Shown piece after piece: positions 46,777-57,635 of a stretch of DNA of 64,000 bases. Where the stretch lies: the IMG/VR virus record IMGVR_UViG_3300021256_000056, positions 32,001 to 96,000 of that record. One strand, given 5' to 3'. The position numbers were made by a program, and so were the translations under genes. Under the pieces are notes generated by a model. That model was not told the origin of the DNA. It worked only from the letters and a program-made list of their open reading frames with translations, and did no database searches. This DNA comes from a virus (lineage: Duplodnaviria; Caudoviricetes). Every line of letters starts with the position of its first letter. The stretch's first letter is position 1.

Positions 46777-47263
46777 CCTTTACCTCCTCGTTTTTCTCTT
46801 CATTTTTTTTGGGCCTTCCGCCCCTTCCCTGTATTGTGCCAGTTGATTTTTCAATAAATGGGGGCACGTTGTTTGGGGTGTTTATTTCAGGATTTGAAAA
46901 TATCAGTTGTAAGGTTCTTAATTTTTCAATATCATAATCTTCGTTCTCGAAAATTTGTTGCAAGTCTTTTACCTTTTCATTAAAAAGCACTGCTTTTTCT
47001 TGTGCTTCTCGATTAACCTTAACATTAAAGTCAACTGCATTGAATATTGCTTCAAATCCAACGCTCATTTTACCCCAAAAGTAAGTGAGACCGTTCTCAT
47101 GCACGCATTCCACGCCATACTTCTCGGTGGTTCGATTGTCAAGAACCCATGACGGGGGGAATACAGTAGTTATGTAAATGAAATCACCTTCTTCGGTGTT
47201 AGCTACTTTCATTTCACGAAAGTATTCTTTGATGTTTGCTATTCTTTGTGATATATCTGCCAT
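46769..47263 (-). CDS. hypothetical protein
   Basis: ORF track. Confidence 0.75.
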   Translation of the reverse strand: MADISQRIANIKEYFREMKVANTEEGDFIYITTVFPPSWVLDNRTTEKYGVECVHENGLTYFWGKMSVGFEAIFNAVDFNVKVNREAQEKAVLFNEKVKDLQQIFENEDYDIEKLRTLQLIFSNPEINTPNNVPPFIEKSTGTIQGRGGRPKKNEEKNEEVKDE

Positions 47264-47327
47264 AATAAAAAACCACCATCTTTTTATAGAAAGATAGTGG
47301 CCTATGTGATAAAAATCAAGTTATTAA

Positions 47328-48038
47328 TTATATCTTACTAGAATTGTTAAGCAAAATGGCAAACTTATTAGCGTATTTTTGAACAGCCCTGGTGATTGTT
47401 TCCGAATCCAAAGGTTCTGAGTCACAATATTCAATTCCAAGTGCACCAATAATGGTTTCTTCACCATAAAGGGCATCAATTGTAAAATGATTTACCCCAT
47501 CACCCTTAATTCTATAATAAAAAACTTCGTCAACCTCTTTTAAATTTTCAATATCGCCAGACCAATAATTGGTCTTATACAAGAAAGTGCAAAAACTATA
47601 TCTCTGAAGTCTAACGTTCTTATATTCGTCCTCCAAAAGCGTCATACCACTTCTCGCTGATTCATATGTCATATCCACATATAGAAATGGCAGACTGGTT
47701 AAATTTGAACCTCCATTATGTGCTTCAACGATAAATGTTCTGTCGGCATTAAGTGTCACGCGCAATTCAAGGAGGGCTTCTCTAATTTGAGGGTCATTTT
47801 TGATACGTTTATCAACGGCCTCCTGATGTTGTCTAATTTGTACTTTTTGAATTTCATTAAAGATTAATTGGGGCTTAAAGGCAACTACACCTACGGTGAT
47901 TGTTATGAACAATAACATCAATGCGCTAATTATCTTACCCAGGCCATAATCTTTCTGCAATTTAAGAAGGCGCTCAAGCCATCCTATGACGTTCCCGCTA
48001 TTGTTGGAACCAATTGGTACTTTTTCTTCGTTTGCCAT
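47328..48038 (-). CDS. putative T4 T-like holin (single TM plus GAF-like domain)
   Basis: TM then ADRTFIVEAHNGG..IIGALGIEY. Confidence 0.5.
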   Translation of the reverse strand: MANEEKVPIGSNNSGNVIGWLERLLKLQKDYGLGKIISALMLLFITITVGVVAFKPQLIFNEIQKVQIRQHQEAVDKRIKNDPQIREALLELRVTLNADRTFIVEAHNGGSNLTSLPFLYVDMTYESARSGMTLLEDEYKNVRLQRYSFCTFLYKTNYWSGDIENLKEVDEVFYYRIKGDGVNHFTIDALYGEETIIGALGIEYCDSEPLDSETITRAVQKYANKFAILLNNSSKI

Positions 48039-48053
48039 AACTTTTATTGCGGT

Positions 48054-48899
48054 TTAGTCTTTTATTTGCATATTGTTCCTGGCGCTGTCAAGAGTTTTTG
48101 TGAACGCCCCGTTACTCTCATTAAGTCTCTCGTCACCAGTTGAGTTTTTGAAATACTCACCAGAATTATAATTGAAGAGTGATTTCATTCTGTCAAGAGA
48201 CTCGTTGAATCTCTGCTTGTCTTCGTGTTCAAGAATGTTTGCCTTGTTATCAGACCATTCAATAAGATACTGATTTCCGTTCTTATCCTTCATGCGGAAA
48301 ACGCACCCCTCATTTTTGAAATCATCAGGAATACGTGAAATCATGTGACCTTCTGTTAAGAATGCGGTTTTTTTGAAGAAAACGGTCTTCACCCTATTCT
48401 CGTTAACATATCCGCCTTCACGCTTGAAATATTCCTTTCCACCTGGCCTGTGATATATGGCATCACTTTTAATACCCGTGGAATTGACGATTTCTTTATT
48501 TGCTTTTATTTTGTCATCGGATTTCTTGATTGCGTCATAAAACTTCTCGTTTGTTTCGCGCTCCCCAGTTTTCTCAATATCGTTTTCTTTCTCGTCTTTT
48601 GACGAATAACCTTCTACATGGGCCTTCTGTTGCTCTTTCCACTCTTTCCCTGGGTCAAAATCAAAGTCAGCGTCAAGCGTGGTTCTGTTCCAATCACGCT
48701 TTTCGTATTCTGCAGTTTTGGGGGCTTCTAATTCTTTTCCATAATGTTCTTTGGAAATAGATTTTGCGTCTTTATAGGCCTTGTCGTTAATCTCTTTGTT
48801 TTTGCTTTCCACTTCAGGCCCGAATTTGGGCTTGAATTCATTGGAACTTGCCTCCCTGATAAGAGATTTTAATTCGCCTACGGTGTAACTTGTTTCCAT
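48054..48899 (-). CDS. hypothetical protein
   Basis: ORF track. Confidence 0.75.
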   Translation of the reverse strand: METSYTVGELKSLIREASSNEFKPKFGPEVESKNKEINDKAYKDAKSISKEHYGKELEAPKTAEYEKRDWNRTTLDADFDFDPGKEWKEQQKAHVEGYSSKDEKENDIEKTGERETNEKFYDAIKKSDDKIKANKEIVNSTGIKSDAIYHRPGGKEYFKREGGYVNENRVKTVFFKKTAFLTEGHMISRIPDDFKNEGCVFRMKDKNGNQYLIEWSDNKANILEHEDKQRFNESLDRMKSLFNYNSGEYFKNSTGDERLNESNGAFTKTLDSARNNMQIKD

Positions 48900-48946
48900 G
48901 TTTTTATTTTTGTTTTTATATTATTAAATAGTTTATCACATCGAAA

Positions 48947-49729
48947 CTAGCGAAGAATATTATTCTTTATTTCCTCAATGTGTGAATTTATATAATTCCT
49001 AATTTCTTTGTCAAACAATGAGCCAGGTTTTACTTTAATATCTTTATTACCATTTGAATCACCCTTAACAGCGTATTCTATGTTTCCGTTGTTATCAAAG
49101 AAAACTATGTTAAAGAATCTGCCATCTGATGAATAAGGGAGGTCGCTATGACCAATCCAAATCTCATAACCGCTGGGGCCCTCCATTTCACTTTCGGCAA
49201 GACTGTCCCTCTGGCTTTCATAAGTATCGTCTGGATTTGGACCGTCCCATGAACCATCATCGTAGCTTTCGTCCTTAAAATATTCAGAATACTCACCTTC
49301 CCTGAACTCTTCAAGGTCGTCATCGTTGCTTATGTAACGTATGGTATTGCAAGCGAATTCATATGCTTCAAAGACATTTTTATCCTCTTCGTCTTCGCTT
49401 GAATTTTTTAACATACTTGCTTTTGTTTCAAGAGATTTTAATTCACTCTCATTTAGAATTTGGCAATCATCATAATCATCAGGGCCAGCGCCAGACAAGC
49501 CTCCGTTATAGTGAATACTAAACGGAATTAGGGGATTCAAGCCGACCTGTTTTAACATTTCTAAAACCCAGGCTCCGTCGAGCCCAAGATTGTCAACAAT
49601 ATAACTAACAATGTCGATTTTTCCGTCAAATGATTGGGCGCCATGCTCGGTTCTCATTTCAGCCAGCATCTTTATGGTCTTAGCAACCATTTTCTTTATA
49701 TCACTTTCAGTAATTTGTATCTTTGCCAT
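48947..49729 (-). CDS. hypothetical protein
   Basis: Start MAKIQITESDIKKMV. Confidence 0.7.
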   Translation of the reverse strand: MAKIQITESDIKKMVAKTIKMLAEMRTEHGAQSFDGKIDIVSYIVDNLGLDGAWVLEMLKQVGLNPLIPFSIHYNGGLSGAGPDDYDDCQILNESELKSLETKASMLKNSSEDEEDKNVFEAYEFACNTIRYISNDDDLEEFREGEYSEYFKDESYDDGSWDGPNPDDTYESQRDSLAESEMEGPSGYEIWIGHSDLPYSSDGRFFNIVFFDNNGNIEYAVKGDSNGNKDIKVKPGSLFDKEIRNYINSHIEEIKNNILR

Positions 49730-49730
49730 A

Positions 49731-49925
49731 TTAATAAGGTTTGTATCCGTAATTTCTGGTGTAGCCACCGTTTATTTGCATTCCCCTCCAAAGTTGTGCC
49801 CAATATAATTTCTCGAGCTCTTTAGGGTCTGGGTTATATTTCTTCTTTTCTTCCTCAATTTTTTCATTGTAATCAAGGACATCTTTAATTACTTCTGAAT
49901 TGAGGGCTTGAAATCTATTCTCCAT
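49731..49925 (-). CDS. hypothetical protein
   Basis: ORF track, coupled. Confidence 0.6.
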   Translation of the reverse strand: MENRFQALNSEVIKDVLDYNEKIEEEKKKYNPDPKELEKLYWAQLWRGMQINGGYTRNYGYKPY

Positions 49926-50851
49926 TATTGTTTCCTCCTTGCTCCAATCTTTTTCTTATTTTCGCTAAGATTTTTGTCTTTCAAGATGTTTTGGTCGTCA
50001 AGGCTTGGGTCGTCGCCTTTCGTTTCAAGACCAGGGGCATCAAACCCAAAATCTCCAGCTGGGGTATTCATAACTGCAGGTGCGTCTTCTGCTAACATCT
50101 TTTTGACATACTCAAACTGTTCTTCGTTCATAAGGACGGTGCGAGTTATGGGCTTTTCTGTTAAGGGAGCAACAAACTGGCCAGCGTCGGGATTATTGCC
50201 ACCGCCTTGCATACAGCCAGCACAATCAGTCTCATTGACTTTCTTATCCAGTCCACCGCATTTTTTGTATTTTTTATCTGTGTCCATTGATTCAATATCT
50301 TTTATCATTTGTTCCTGATTACCAAAAACCTGAGGAACATAATTATTTTCATTATCATTAACATAATTCGCCCATCTTTCTGTTATATCACCAGGCTTTC
50401 CTTGAGCAATAACCTTTTCGTCGCTATTACTAAAGGGTGGGGGTGTCGAACTTAACAGTAGTGCATCGAAATAATTTAAATCTTCATTTATTGGGCAGCC
50501 TTCCACTATATTACTTTCAAAGAGATTAATAAATAAATCTCTCATTTTCTTTTTGTAATCTTTGCGCGGTAACTTATATGTCACGACAAACATATCTTTA
50601 CCATCATCACCCGTCTTAATTTTCTCAGTACGTAATAAAACGGCAGATTCTTCATCATTCTTGTCAGTACGCTTTAAGAGTGATGAAAGTGCTTTTTCAT
50701 CATCTAGGCCATAACTTTTCAGATAATCATCAATATGGGCGGTGAGTGGATTAGTGAGTAACTGTTTCATATACGATTCCATGTGAGAAATGAAACCGTA
50801 TCGTGTTATTGGGTCTTTGAAGTACCTTTCGTTTAGTTGCTTTTTATCCAT
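49925..50851 (-). CDS. hypothetical protein
   Basis: ORF track. Confidence 0.75.
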   Translation of the reverse strand: MDKKQLNERYFKDPITRYGFISHMESYMKQLLTNPLTAHIDDYLKSYGLDDEKALSSLLKRTDKNDEESAVLLRTEKIKTGDDGKDMFVVTYKLPRKDYKKKMRDLFINLFESNIVEGCPINEDLNYFDALLLSSTPPPFSNSDEKVIAQGKPGDITERWANYVNDNENNYVPQVFGNQEQMIKDIESMDTDKKYKKCGGLDKKVNETDCAGCMQGGGNNPDAGQFVAPLTEKPITRTVLMNEEQFEYVKKMLAEDAPAVMNTPAGDFGFDAPGLETKGDDPSLDDQNILKDKNLSENKKKIGARRKQ

Positions 50852-51069
50852 TATTGCCTAATGTCGTGGTCGTAAATGCCGTTTTTCTGCCAGAGCGTCC
50901 TAAAGAGATTTTTAACAACATCTGCAGCAACATTCTTAACACGACTTTCAAAGTCTTTATCTTGCTTTATGAGGTTGCGCACAATTTTAGTAACTTCCTC
51001 CTTGGATAAATTTTCCTCCTGGAGGATGCTTCTTAATTGTTCTTCATTTATTAAAACTTTCTTGGACAT
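50851..51069 (-). CDS. hypothetical protein
   Basis: ORF track. Confidence 0.7.
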   Translation of the reverse strand: MSKKVLINEEQLRSILQEENLSKEEVTKIVRNLIKQDKDFESRVKNVAADVVKNLFRTLWQKNGIYDHDIRQ

Positions 51070-51164
51070 TCCTTTACATATTTTATAATAAATAGTCTTT
51101 TTAAGATAAAAAACAACGAAAAAGCCGCCCCGAAGGACGGCAAAATAATGATAAATTAGCTAAA

Positions 51165-51683
51165 TTAGAGTCTATTTTGTAGGGATTGTCCCATGCGTTC
51201 CAAATCAGCCGCTTCGCTATTCCATGCGTCCCTCCAATTATTGTAGAACCCAAAGAGTTTGTTCAATATTTGAAGATTATCTTTGCTTAGGATTAAGCCA
51301 TCAGACCAGATAAAACAACCGTTGCCCGTGTTTGTTTTCAAAACAAATTGCCATTTAAGGTTGTTTAAGCAAGGAATAATTCCCCCAAAGACAAGATTTC
51401 CTGTCTCTGGCATATAAATTAAGGGACTGCTTGCGACATCTTCGTCGGATGGGTCGGAAAATTGCGCTCCGCCCTCGACGGATACTCTAAATTCTTCTAT
51501 TTGACTGGATAGGACGGACTGCCCAAACACAGGGTCGTCGGTTATCGCAATGGCCTTGGGCTCTTTACTATCAGAAGAATCTTCTTTAAGTATTTTTTTA
51601 TTTTGATTTGTTTGATTACCTTCCTGAATACTTCTAATAGTATTCAGCATTTCCCTTGTAATGAGTGAACTGTCCTTTTCCAT
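51165..51683 (-). CDS. hypothetical protein
   Basis: Start MEKDSS. Confidence 0.7.
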   Translation of the reverse strand: MEKDSSLITREMLNTIRSIQEGNQTNQNKKILKEDSSDSKEPKAIAITDDPVFGQSVLSSQIEEFRVSVEGGAQFSDPSDEDVASSPLIYMPETGNLVFGGIIPCLNNLKWQFVLKTNTGNGCFIWSDGLILSKDNLQILNKLFGFYNNWRDAWNSEAADLERMGQSLQNRL

Positions 51684-51688
51684 AATAA

Positions 51689-52129
51689 TTACCAATCTTG
51701 AACCATACCATTCCAACTATTGCTTATTTGCATGTTGGAATACTTTTTCGCCACTTTTTCGACGTTATTTTTAATTTTTTCAACCTTTGCAATTTCATCT
51801 TTAATGATTTGCTCGGCGTTTTCTGGGTCGCTCTCGAGTTTCTGCTCTAACTTATCCTGGGATTCCTCAAGTTCTTGGTTTGCATTGGCAAGTTCTTGCG
51901 CCTCGTCGATTGCCTCGGTTGGTACCTCGCCGTCGTTTGCTGGTTCCAAGTTCTCAATTTCCTTAAGAGCATCTTCAATTGCTCCTTCTACCTTTTCTTC
52001 TGTTTCTGCAGCATCGCTTTCTTGTGTGCCCTCGTTTTCAATTCCGTTATTAACTTCGAGATTGTTTTCCTGAAGTTCTACTTCGGGGCTGTTTTGTGCA
52101 GCTTTGCTTGTTTTACCATTTCTAGCCAT
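51689..52129 (-). CDS. acidic hypothetical protein
   Basis: ORF track. Confidence 0.7.
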   Translation of the reverse strand: MARNGKTSKAAQNSPEVELQENNLEVNNGIENEGTQESDAAETEEKVEGAIEDALKEIENLEPANDGEVPTEAIDEAQELANANQELEESQDKLEQKLESDPENAEQIIKDEIAKVEKIKNNVEKVAKKYSNMQISNSWNGMVQDW

Positions 52130-52140
52130 AAAATTGTATG

Positions 52141-52848
52141 TTAATTATAAATAGTTATTAATGCCGAATTATTATATGCCGCAGCACGCATTTTGGTGAG
52201 GGCTTTTTCGTTAATTTGGCGTATTCTTTCTTTAGTTAAACCAAGGTCCGCGCCAATTTCCTCTAAGGTTTCCGTTTCACCTCCATTAAGTCCATAATAT
52301 CGACTTACGATTTCCTTTTCTTTGTCGTTGAGCACTCTCACGAGGTCAAGAACCGTTGATGCTCTTTCTTCTTTGTCTGCCTGGCCATCTGTATATATAT
52401 ACGACGGTTCTACCACCTTTTCGTTGGTTTCGTCGCTAATAAGGGGTTCCTCGTAATCCTGTGGATAATCCTCCGTATTGTTTTTATTTCTTTTTTCGAT
52501 TGCCTCCAAGATAGATTGTCGAATCCACCACACTGAGTAACTGATTAATTTATTTCCCTTCTCAGCCTTGAATTTTTTTAGGGCCTTTATGAGGCCGTAA
52601 TTTCCCTCTGCTACCAATTCGGAGTAAGATAGTCCCCTACCTCTATATGCTTTCGCTATATTTGCAACAAACTTTAGATTTGATTCGATAAGTTTGTTCC
52701 TTGCATTTAAATCGTTATTCTTTTTATATTTTCTCCAGAGTCTCTGTTCTTCTAATCGCGTTAAGGGTGTTGAATTTGCGATTTCCTGATAATAGATTTG
52801 TGCGCTTCTATCGAAGTCATCCACAAATACCTTTTTCTTAATAGACAT
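52141..52848 (-). CDS. phage RNA polymerase sigma-70 family factor
   Basis: LIESNLKFV, EGNYGLIKA, YSVWWIRQSI, TLEEIG..LTKERIRQI. Confidence 0.92.
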   Translation of the reverse strand: MSIKKKVFVDDFDRSAQIYYQEIANSTPLTRLEEQRLWRKYKKNNDLNARNKLIESNLKFVANIAKAYRGRGLSYSELVAEGNYGLIKALKKFKAEKGNKLISYSVWWIRQSILEAIEKRNKNNTEDYPQDYEEPLISDETNEKVVEPSYIYTDGQADKEERASTVLDLVRVLNDKEKEIVSRYYGLNGGETETLEEIGADLGLTKERIRQINEKALTKMRAAAYNNSALITIYN

Positions 52849-52894
52849 TTTTAAACCATAGGCTTTAATTTTTATTGTTAAACGAAAATAAACT

Positions 52895-55282
52895 TTAATC
52901 TTTTACTTCAATATGGCTGACGTGATTTTGTTTTACAACAGTTATAACCCTGTTATGCCACTCGTACACTGCCTTAAGATGCGTTATCTGCAAAATAAAC
53001 GCATAATTTTCTGCTATTTTATCATACAAATTCTTCATATTCTCATAATTCTCTTCGGCAACGCCCCCAAGAATCTCGTCAAGCAATATGAACGGTGGTT
53101 TTGAAAGTGCTGACATTTTCCCTAATACGACACGTAGAGCTAATGCTGCGGCTGTTTGTTCAAAGCCTGAACCTGCGGCAAGGCGTTCACGTACGCCGTC
53201 GCTGCAAATAAGAGTGAAATCAACATCATTTTTTTCGTTAATTTCAACTTCTACGGTAAAGTCGCATACGCCATCAAGCAAACGTTTTAACTCACTATTA
53301 ATAATAGGTAATGCGTTTCTGAGAACCATTTTAGAAATACCGTCTTTACCAATAAGCATGAGATAAATTTTCCAATTTTTTTCTATCTCAACTTCTTCTT
53401 TGATTTTATTGATAATAACATTCCTGTCAACAATTTCTTTCTTGTAGGTTTCAATGTCTTTCTTGAATTCTACAATAACCTCATTCGCGTTATTTCTAAT
53501 ATTTGTTTCAGTAGTAATATTTGTTTTTAACAAATTAAGTGAGGTGTCAATTTTATTGTTGCTTTCAATTGCCGCTTTATTATCCTGTATATCTTTTTGG
53601 AGTTGCCTTTTCTCCTTATATTCAATGCGTTTGTTCCCGATTTCGACCTCGAGTTTGGATATAAGTAGTTCTAACCGATTTTTCTCATTAAATTTAGCAC
53701 GTTCAATATCCATTTTACTAATCTCTTCTTCGAGGCTCTTCTTTTGTTCATTGATTTCTATACCACGGTCAATGAGCTTGTTGATTTTCTTTTTATTCTC
53801 CTCAATCAAAGGAGTATTATCAACATTATCGTATCTGCGTTTGCAAACAGGACAAAACTCGCTATTCTTGAGATTGTTATTTGTTTGTTTGAGGCTCTCT
53901 ATATTGGATTTAATCGTGGCTATTTCTGTGATGAGGGGCTCTTTGGCATTACACTTTTCTTTATATAAAGCCTCGGAGAAATTAACTTCTCCAATCTGAG
54001 CGACTTCTTTCTCGTAGCCTTCTTTCTCTGCGGCTCTAACTTTGCCTGTCTGTACAAGGCGGTTAATTGCCTCTTCTAATGTCACAATATCGACCTTAAG
54101 CAGGTCTGCCTTAATTTCCTTTTTGGCTGAAAGAAGGTCTTCTTTGGCCTTGTTATATTCCTCCAATTTGTCGTCACACTCCTTTACTCTTCGGGTGTTT
54201 TTTGCAATTTGGTTTTCCGCATCTTCTATTCTCGCCTCATATTGTTCGATTTCTTGTTTGAGTGTTTCGGTGTTATACCTGTTGACATAGCGGTTGACGC
54301 TTATCTCTTTATTCCATTTTTCTCTTGCTTTTACATCCTTGTCCTCTAGTGGGAGTAAACCAATCCATCTTGAAAGAAGTCTGCCCCTGTCGGTTTCCTT
54401 TAGTGAAATAAGCTGTTTGAGGTTATCCGAATTTGCGGAAATAACTAAGTCAAAGTCACGTTCGTTACCGATAGCCTCTTTTATTGCTTGCGTGGTTTTT
54501 ACATTGGTTCCTTCGTTTAGGTTTTCGTTGTCTTCCAATACTTCAGAAGTTCCATCGGGGAGCATTCTGAAATATTCAATTTTTTGGGTTACTGGCCTAT
54601 TTTTTCTTGATGCTGCTGGTCTCGTAAGAGTTCTTCTGATAACATAATCTTCACCGTCAATATTTATACATCCCTCAACTTTGAGATGCGTTGCTTCGTT
54701 TAGATGATTATTAAATAAATCTTCAAGTGTCTTTGCTTTACCAGAAGAGGTTTTTCCAAAAAATAGAAAGTGGAGTAAGTCATAAGCAAATGTTGATTTT
54801 CCGCCCTGGTTTGCGGGTACGCTGTTGAGAAGAACCAGTCCGTGTAAATCAGTAAAATCAAAATGATTATTCTCTCCATATGAAAGAAAATTGTCCCAAT
54901 CCAGCCACTTTAAGGTGTATTTACGACCTTTTTCATATGAATCGTAATCTATAAGACTGTTTATTTGGCTATCAATCTTAAGTATTTCATCCAAATTATA
55001 ATCTTCTATTCCATGCTCTTTGAGATATGGTACAAAAAGCTGTTGTTGGAATTTCGGGTCCTGGATATTTTGTATTGTTTCATTGTTAAGAGCGACTTCC
55101 CCCTCAACATTTGTCGTAATAAAATTGGGCAATACTTTGATGTGAGAGACTGGTATCCCGTATTTTTCAGCAAATTTTGCTCTTATGCTTTGTTCTTTCT
55201 CGTCAGAATAGTTTATAGATTGAACATTCCAGACAATCTGCACCTCACTGTTGGTGCTTATGTTGACTTTTGTTTTTCCCAT
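52895..55282 (-). CDS. SbcC/Rad50/gp46-like ATPase
   Basis: NQGGKST Walker A, CPVC hook, GSGFE, LLDE, ITH. Confidence 0.9.
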   Translation of the reverse strand: MGKTKVNISTNSEVQIVWNVQSINYSDEKEQSIRAKFAEKYGIPVSHIKVLPNFITTNVEGEVALNNETIQNIQDPKFQQQLFVPYLKEHGIEDYNLDEILKIDSQINSLIDYDSYEKGRKYTLKWLDWDNFLSYGENNHFDFTDLHGLVLLNSVPANQGGKSTFAYDLLHFLFFGKTSSGKAKTLEDLFNNHLNEATHLKVEGCINIDGEDYVIRRTLTRPAASRKNRPVTQKIEYFRMLPDGTSEVLEDNENLNEGTNVKTTQAIKEAIGNERDFDLVISANSDNLKQLISLKETDRGRLLSRWIGLLPLEDKDVKAREKWNKEISVNRYVNRYNTETLKQEIEQYEARIEDAENQIAKNTRRVKECDDKLEEYNKAKEDLLSAKKEIKADLLKVDIVTLEEAINRLVQTGKVRAAEKEGYEKEVAQIGEVNFSEALYKEKCNAKEPLITEIATIKSNIESLKQTNNNLKNSEFCPVCKRRYDNVDNTPLIEENKKKINKLIDRGIEINEQKKSLEEEISKMDIERAKFNEKNRLELLISKLEVEIGNKRIEYKEKRQLQKDIQDNKAAIESNNKIDTSLNLLKTNITTETNIRNNANEVIVEFKKDIETYKKEIVDRNVIINKIKEEVEIEKNWKIYLMLIGKDGISKMVLRNALPIINSELKRLLDGVCDFTVEVEINEKNDVDFTLICSDGVRERLAAGSGFEQTAAALALRVVLGKMSALSKPPFILLDEILGGVAEENYENMKNLYDKIAENYAFILQITHLKAVYEWHNRVITVVKQNHVSHIEVKD

Positions 55283-55755
55283 TAATTTAATCTTGTAACT
55301 TTCTTATTTCCATTTCTTACCGTTGTGTAAGTGGTCCCTTCGTTTTTCTGCTCCTCTTTGGGGTCAACTTCTTTAACTTCTTGCGGAATATTATCCGCAA
55401 TTTTTGCGGTTACTTCTTTTACCTCTTCAGCGGATGGCCCCAAAACTAGCTTAGTAAGCTCCTTGTTGGCGCCAAAATATGCGTCTTCACCAATAATGTC
55501 GACAACCTCTTTGATGGCTTTTTCCGCCCTCTCGCCAGGGGAAACCAAGTCCTTAGCTGGTTCCAAAACGAGCACGTCACCCCTTGCTTCAAATGGTGTT
55601 GCGCCAAACTTTTCAATTCTAAATGCCTTCGATAATAATGTTTCTACAAAAAAATTAAGTTTAAGCTCGTTAAGGGTGCAATATTCCTTAATTTCATTGT
55701 ATAATTTCCTGCTAATTGAGACTGTATGTTTTTCGTTGTTACTCATTTGGCTCAA
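55282..55755 (-). CDS. hypothetical protein with RHH-like N-terminus
   Basis: TVSISRKLYNEIKEYC. Confidence 0.6.
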   Translation of the reverse strand: MSQMSNNEKHTVSISRKLYNEIKEYCTLNELKLNFFVETLLSKAFRIEKFGATPFEARGDVLVLEPAKDLVSPGERAEKAIKEVVDIIGEDAYFGANKELTKLVLGPSAEEVKEVTAKIADNIPQEVKEVDPKEEQKNEGTTYTTVRNGNKKVTRLN

Positions 55756-55827
55756 ATGTATGTTTTTTTTCTGAGAAAAACAAGTGACTTTTAAGTTTAT
55801 TTGTTTATTTTTTAAAAAAAAAGAAGA

Positions 55828-56625
55828 ATGGAAGAATCTACTATCTACCCCCGAATAATCCTAGGTCTTGATATCAGCACTGCTTGTATTGGGGTTTCAA
55901 TTGTACTTGACGACGGCAAAAGCGATTTGCCGAAAATATTAAAAATAACCCATGTATCACCCAAAATCCCAAACAAGATTAAGGGCATGGAGGCGTTGTT
56001 CCTCAGAAAAAAGCTATTCAAGGAGCAGTTTATCCCTCTGCTGAAGGATTATAATATTACTGACGTTGTTGTGGAGGAGCCATTGCTTTCTTCTAATAAC
56101 GTCAACACTGTTGCTACGCTTTTAAGATATAACGGCATGATTTCTGATGCTATTTATGAGACCCTTGGCGTTGTTCCGACAACAATTTCTTCTTATGATG
56201 CCAGGATGTACTCTTTTCCTGAGCTTGTTTCTCTCAGAAAATATAATAAACGCGGGGAGGTCTATCCTCTTAAACATATAAAGAGTGCCATTAACGCTGG
56301 TAACATTGTTCTTTTCGGGGCATATCCTTTCGATATCGATAAAAAAACCGTAATGATGAATATGGTAAATGGTGTATATAAGGATATAGAATGGATTTAC
56401 AATAAAAAGGGTGAAATTAAGAAGGAAAATTATGATGCCTGTGATTCTCTTATATGTGCTTTAGCATATGTCAATATTAATCATCACGGTATAGAAGCCC
56501 CTGTCATCGCTAATAATTCATTTGAAGAAGGTGATACTCAGTACATATTCACATATCAGACTAAAATTTGGGATAGGATTTACGATAAGAAAATCGTCAT
56601 AGATAAAAATGAATTAACAAAATAG
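55828..56625 (+). CDS. RuvC-like Holliday junction resolvase
   Basis: ILGLDISTACIG, VVVEEP, YDACDS. Confidence 0.75.
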   Translation: MEESTIYPRIILGLDISTACIGVSIVLDDGKSDLPKILKITHVSPKIPNKIKGMEALFLRKKLFKEQFIPLLKDYNITDVVVEEPLLSSNNVNTVATLLRYNGMISDAIYETLGVVPTTISSYDARMYSFPELVSLRKYNKRGEVYPLKHIKSAINAGNIVLFGAYPFDIDKKTVMMNMVNGVYKDIEWIYNKKGEIKKENYDACDSLICALAYVNINHHGIEAPVIANNSFEEGDTQYIFTYQTKIWDRIYDKKIVIDKNELTK

Positions 56626-56745
56626 AGAATACTTTAAATAGTTTTTGTTTCCGTCATTCTTTTTTGGAAGAATGGCGGTTTTTTGTCTATGTTTTCACTG
56701 TGGGCGACTATTTATTGAGAAATAAGATAAGAAAAGAAAATCGAC

Positions 56746-57618
56746 ATGTCACAAGGATATACGTACAATGCAATAGCAGAACATCCCATTATCCCAGAGT
56801 TCGATGACAATGAGACTAAGTACAAATGGAATGGTGCTCTTCTCAATCTTTCGGACTTGCCTGTTTCTGACTATACAAAAACAATTTACAACATCGCTGG
56901 TAGTGTCACAAGTGAAACTGAGGTTGTTACAAATACTCTCTCTGTCTCTCTTGAAAATACGGGTGATACTTATGAACTCGTAGTTAACGCACAATATGCC
57001 CCTGAAGCAGATATTACAGTCAGACTTACGGTTGAAGGTGAGTCTTCCCCTGTTGAGGTTGTTCTTAATAAGGGAAGTTTAAGTGCTAAAACGGCTCTTT
57101 CTATACCTTCAAGTGCTGCAAGGCCTGGTTTATCAAACGCAAGTGTCTCCCCAAGCAAGGATAACACGTATACTTATCAGGTTGCAATTGAGCAGATAAT
57201 TACTGATAAATTTAAAGTTTATTTCGGACAGTTTTACGAAGATGAGCTTGATGATATGCAGAACCTTATCCCTGGTATGAACAGTGATATGGTTGATACC
57301 GCAGGCACTAACATGACATTTACAATTCCCGCCGTTGATTTTACTTTTACATCAACGACCCAAATGGAAGAATTCAAATATGGTTTGGTTATTGCCATAC
57401 CTAAACAGATTTATGAAGGAAACCAATATTTCCTCGCTGAGCAGCAAACTCCAGGTATAAAGGAAGAAGGATTCATCTTCAAAGAGAACGACGTGATTGA
57501 TGGTGTTGAATATTCCGTTTTATGTAGAGTTGGTGATGGTCTTGAATTTGTACCTAATGACGTAGCAAGCGGTGGTGGGGATATAAATTATGTGTTTATC
57601 ATAAAATATGTTAAGTAA
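56746..57618 (+). CDS. putative virion structural protein
   Basis: Beta-rich ORF after CTATTTAT motif. Confidence 0.6.
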   Translation: MSQGYTYNAIAEHPIIPEFDDNETKYKWNGALLNLSDLPVSDYTKTIYNIAGSVTSETEVVTNTLSVSLENTGDTYELVVNAQYAPEADITVRLTVEGESSPVEVVLNKGSLSAKTALSIPSSAARPGLSNASVSPSKDNTYTYQVAIEQIITDKFKVYFGQFYEDELDDMQNLIPGMNSDMVDTAGTNMTFTIPAVDFTFTSTTQMEEFKYGLVIAIPKQIYEGNQYFLAEQQTPGIKEEGFIFKENDVIDGVEYSVLCRVGDGLEFVPNDVASGGGDINYVFIIKYVK

Positions 57619-57635
57619 AAAAACAAGAATAAGAT

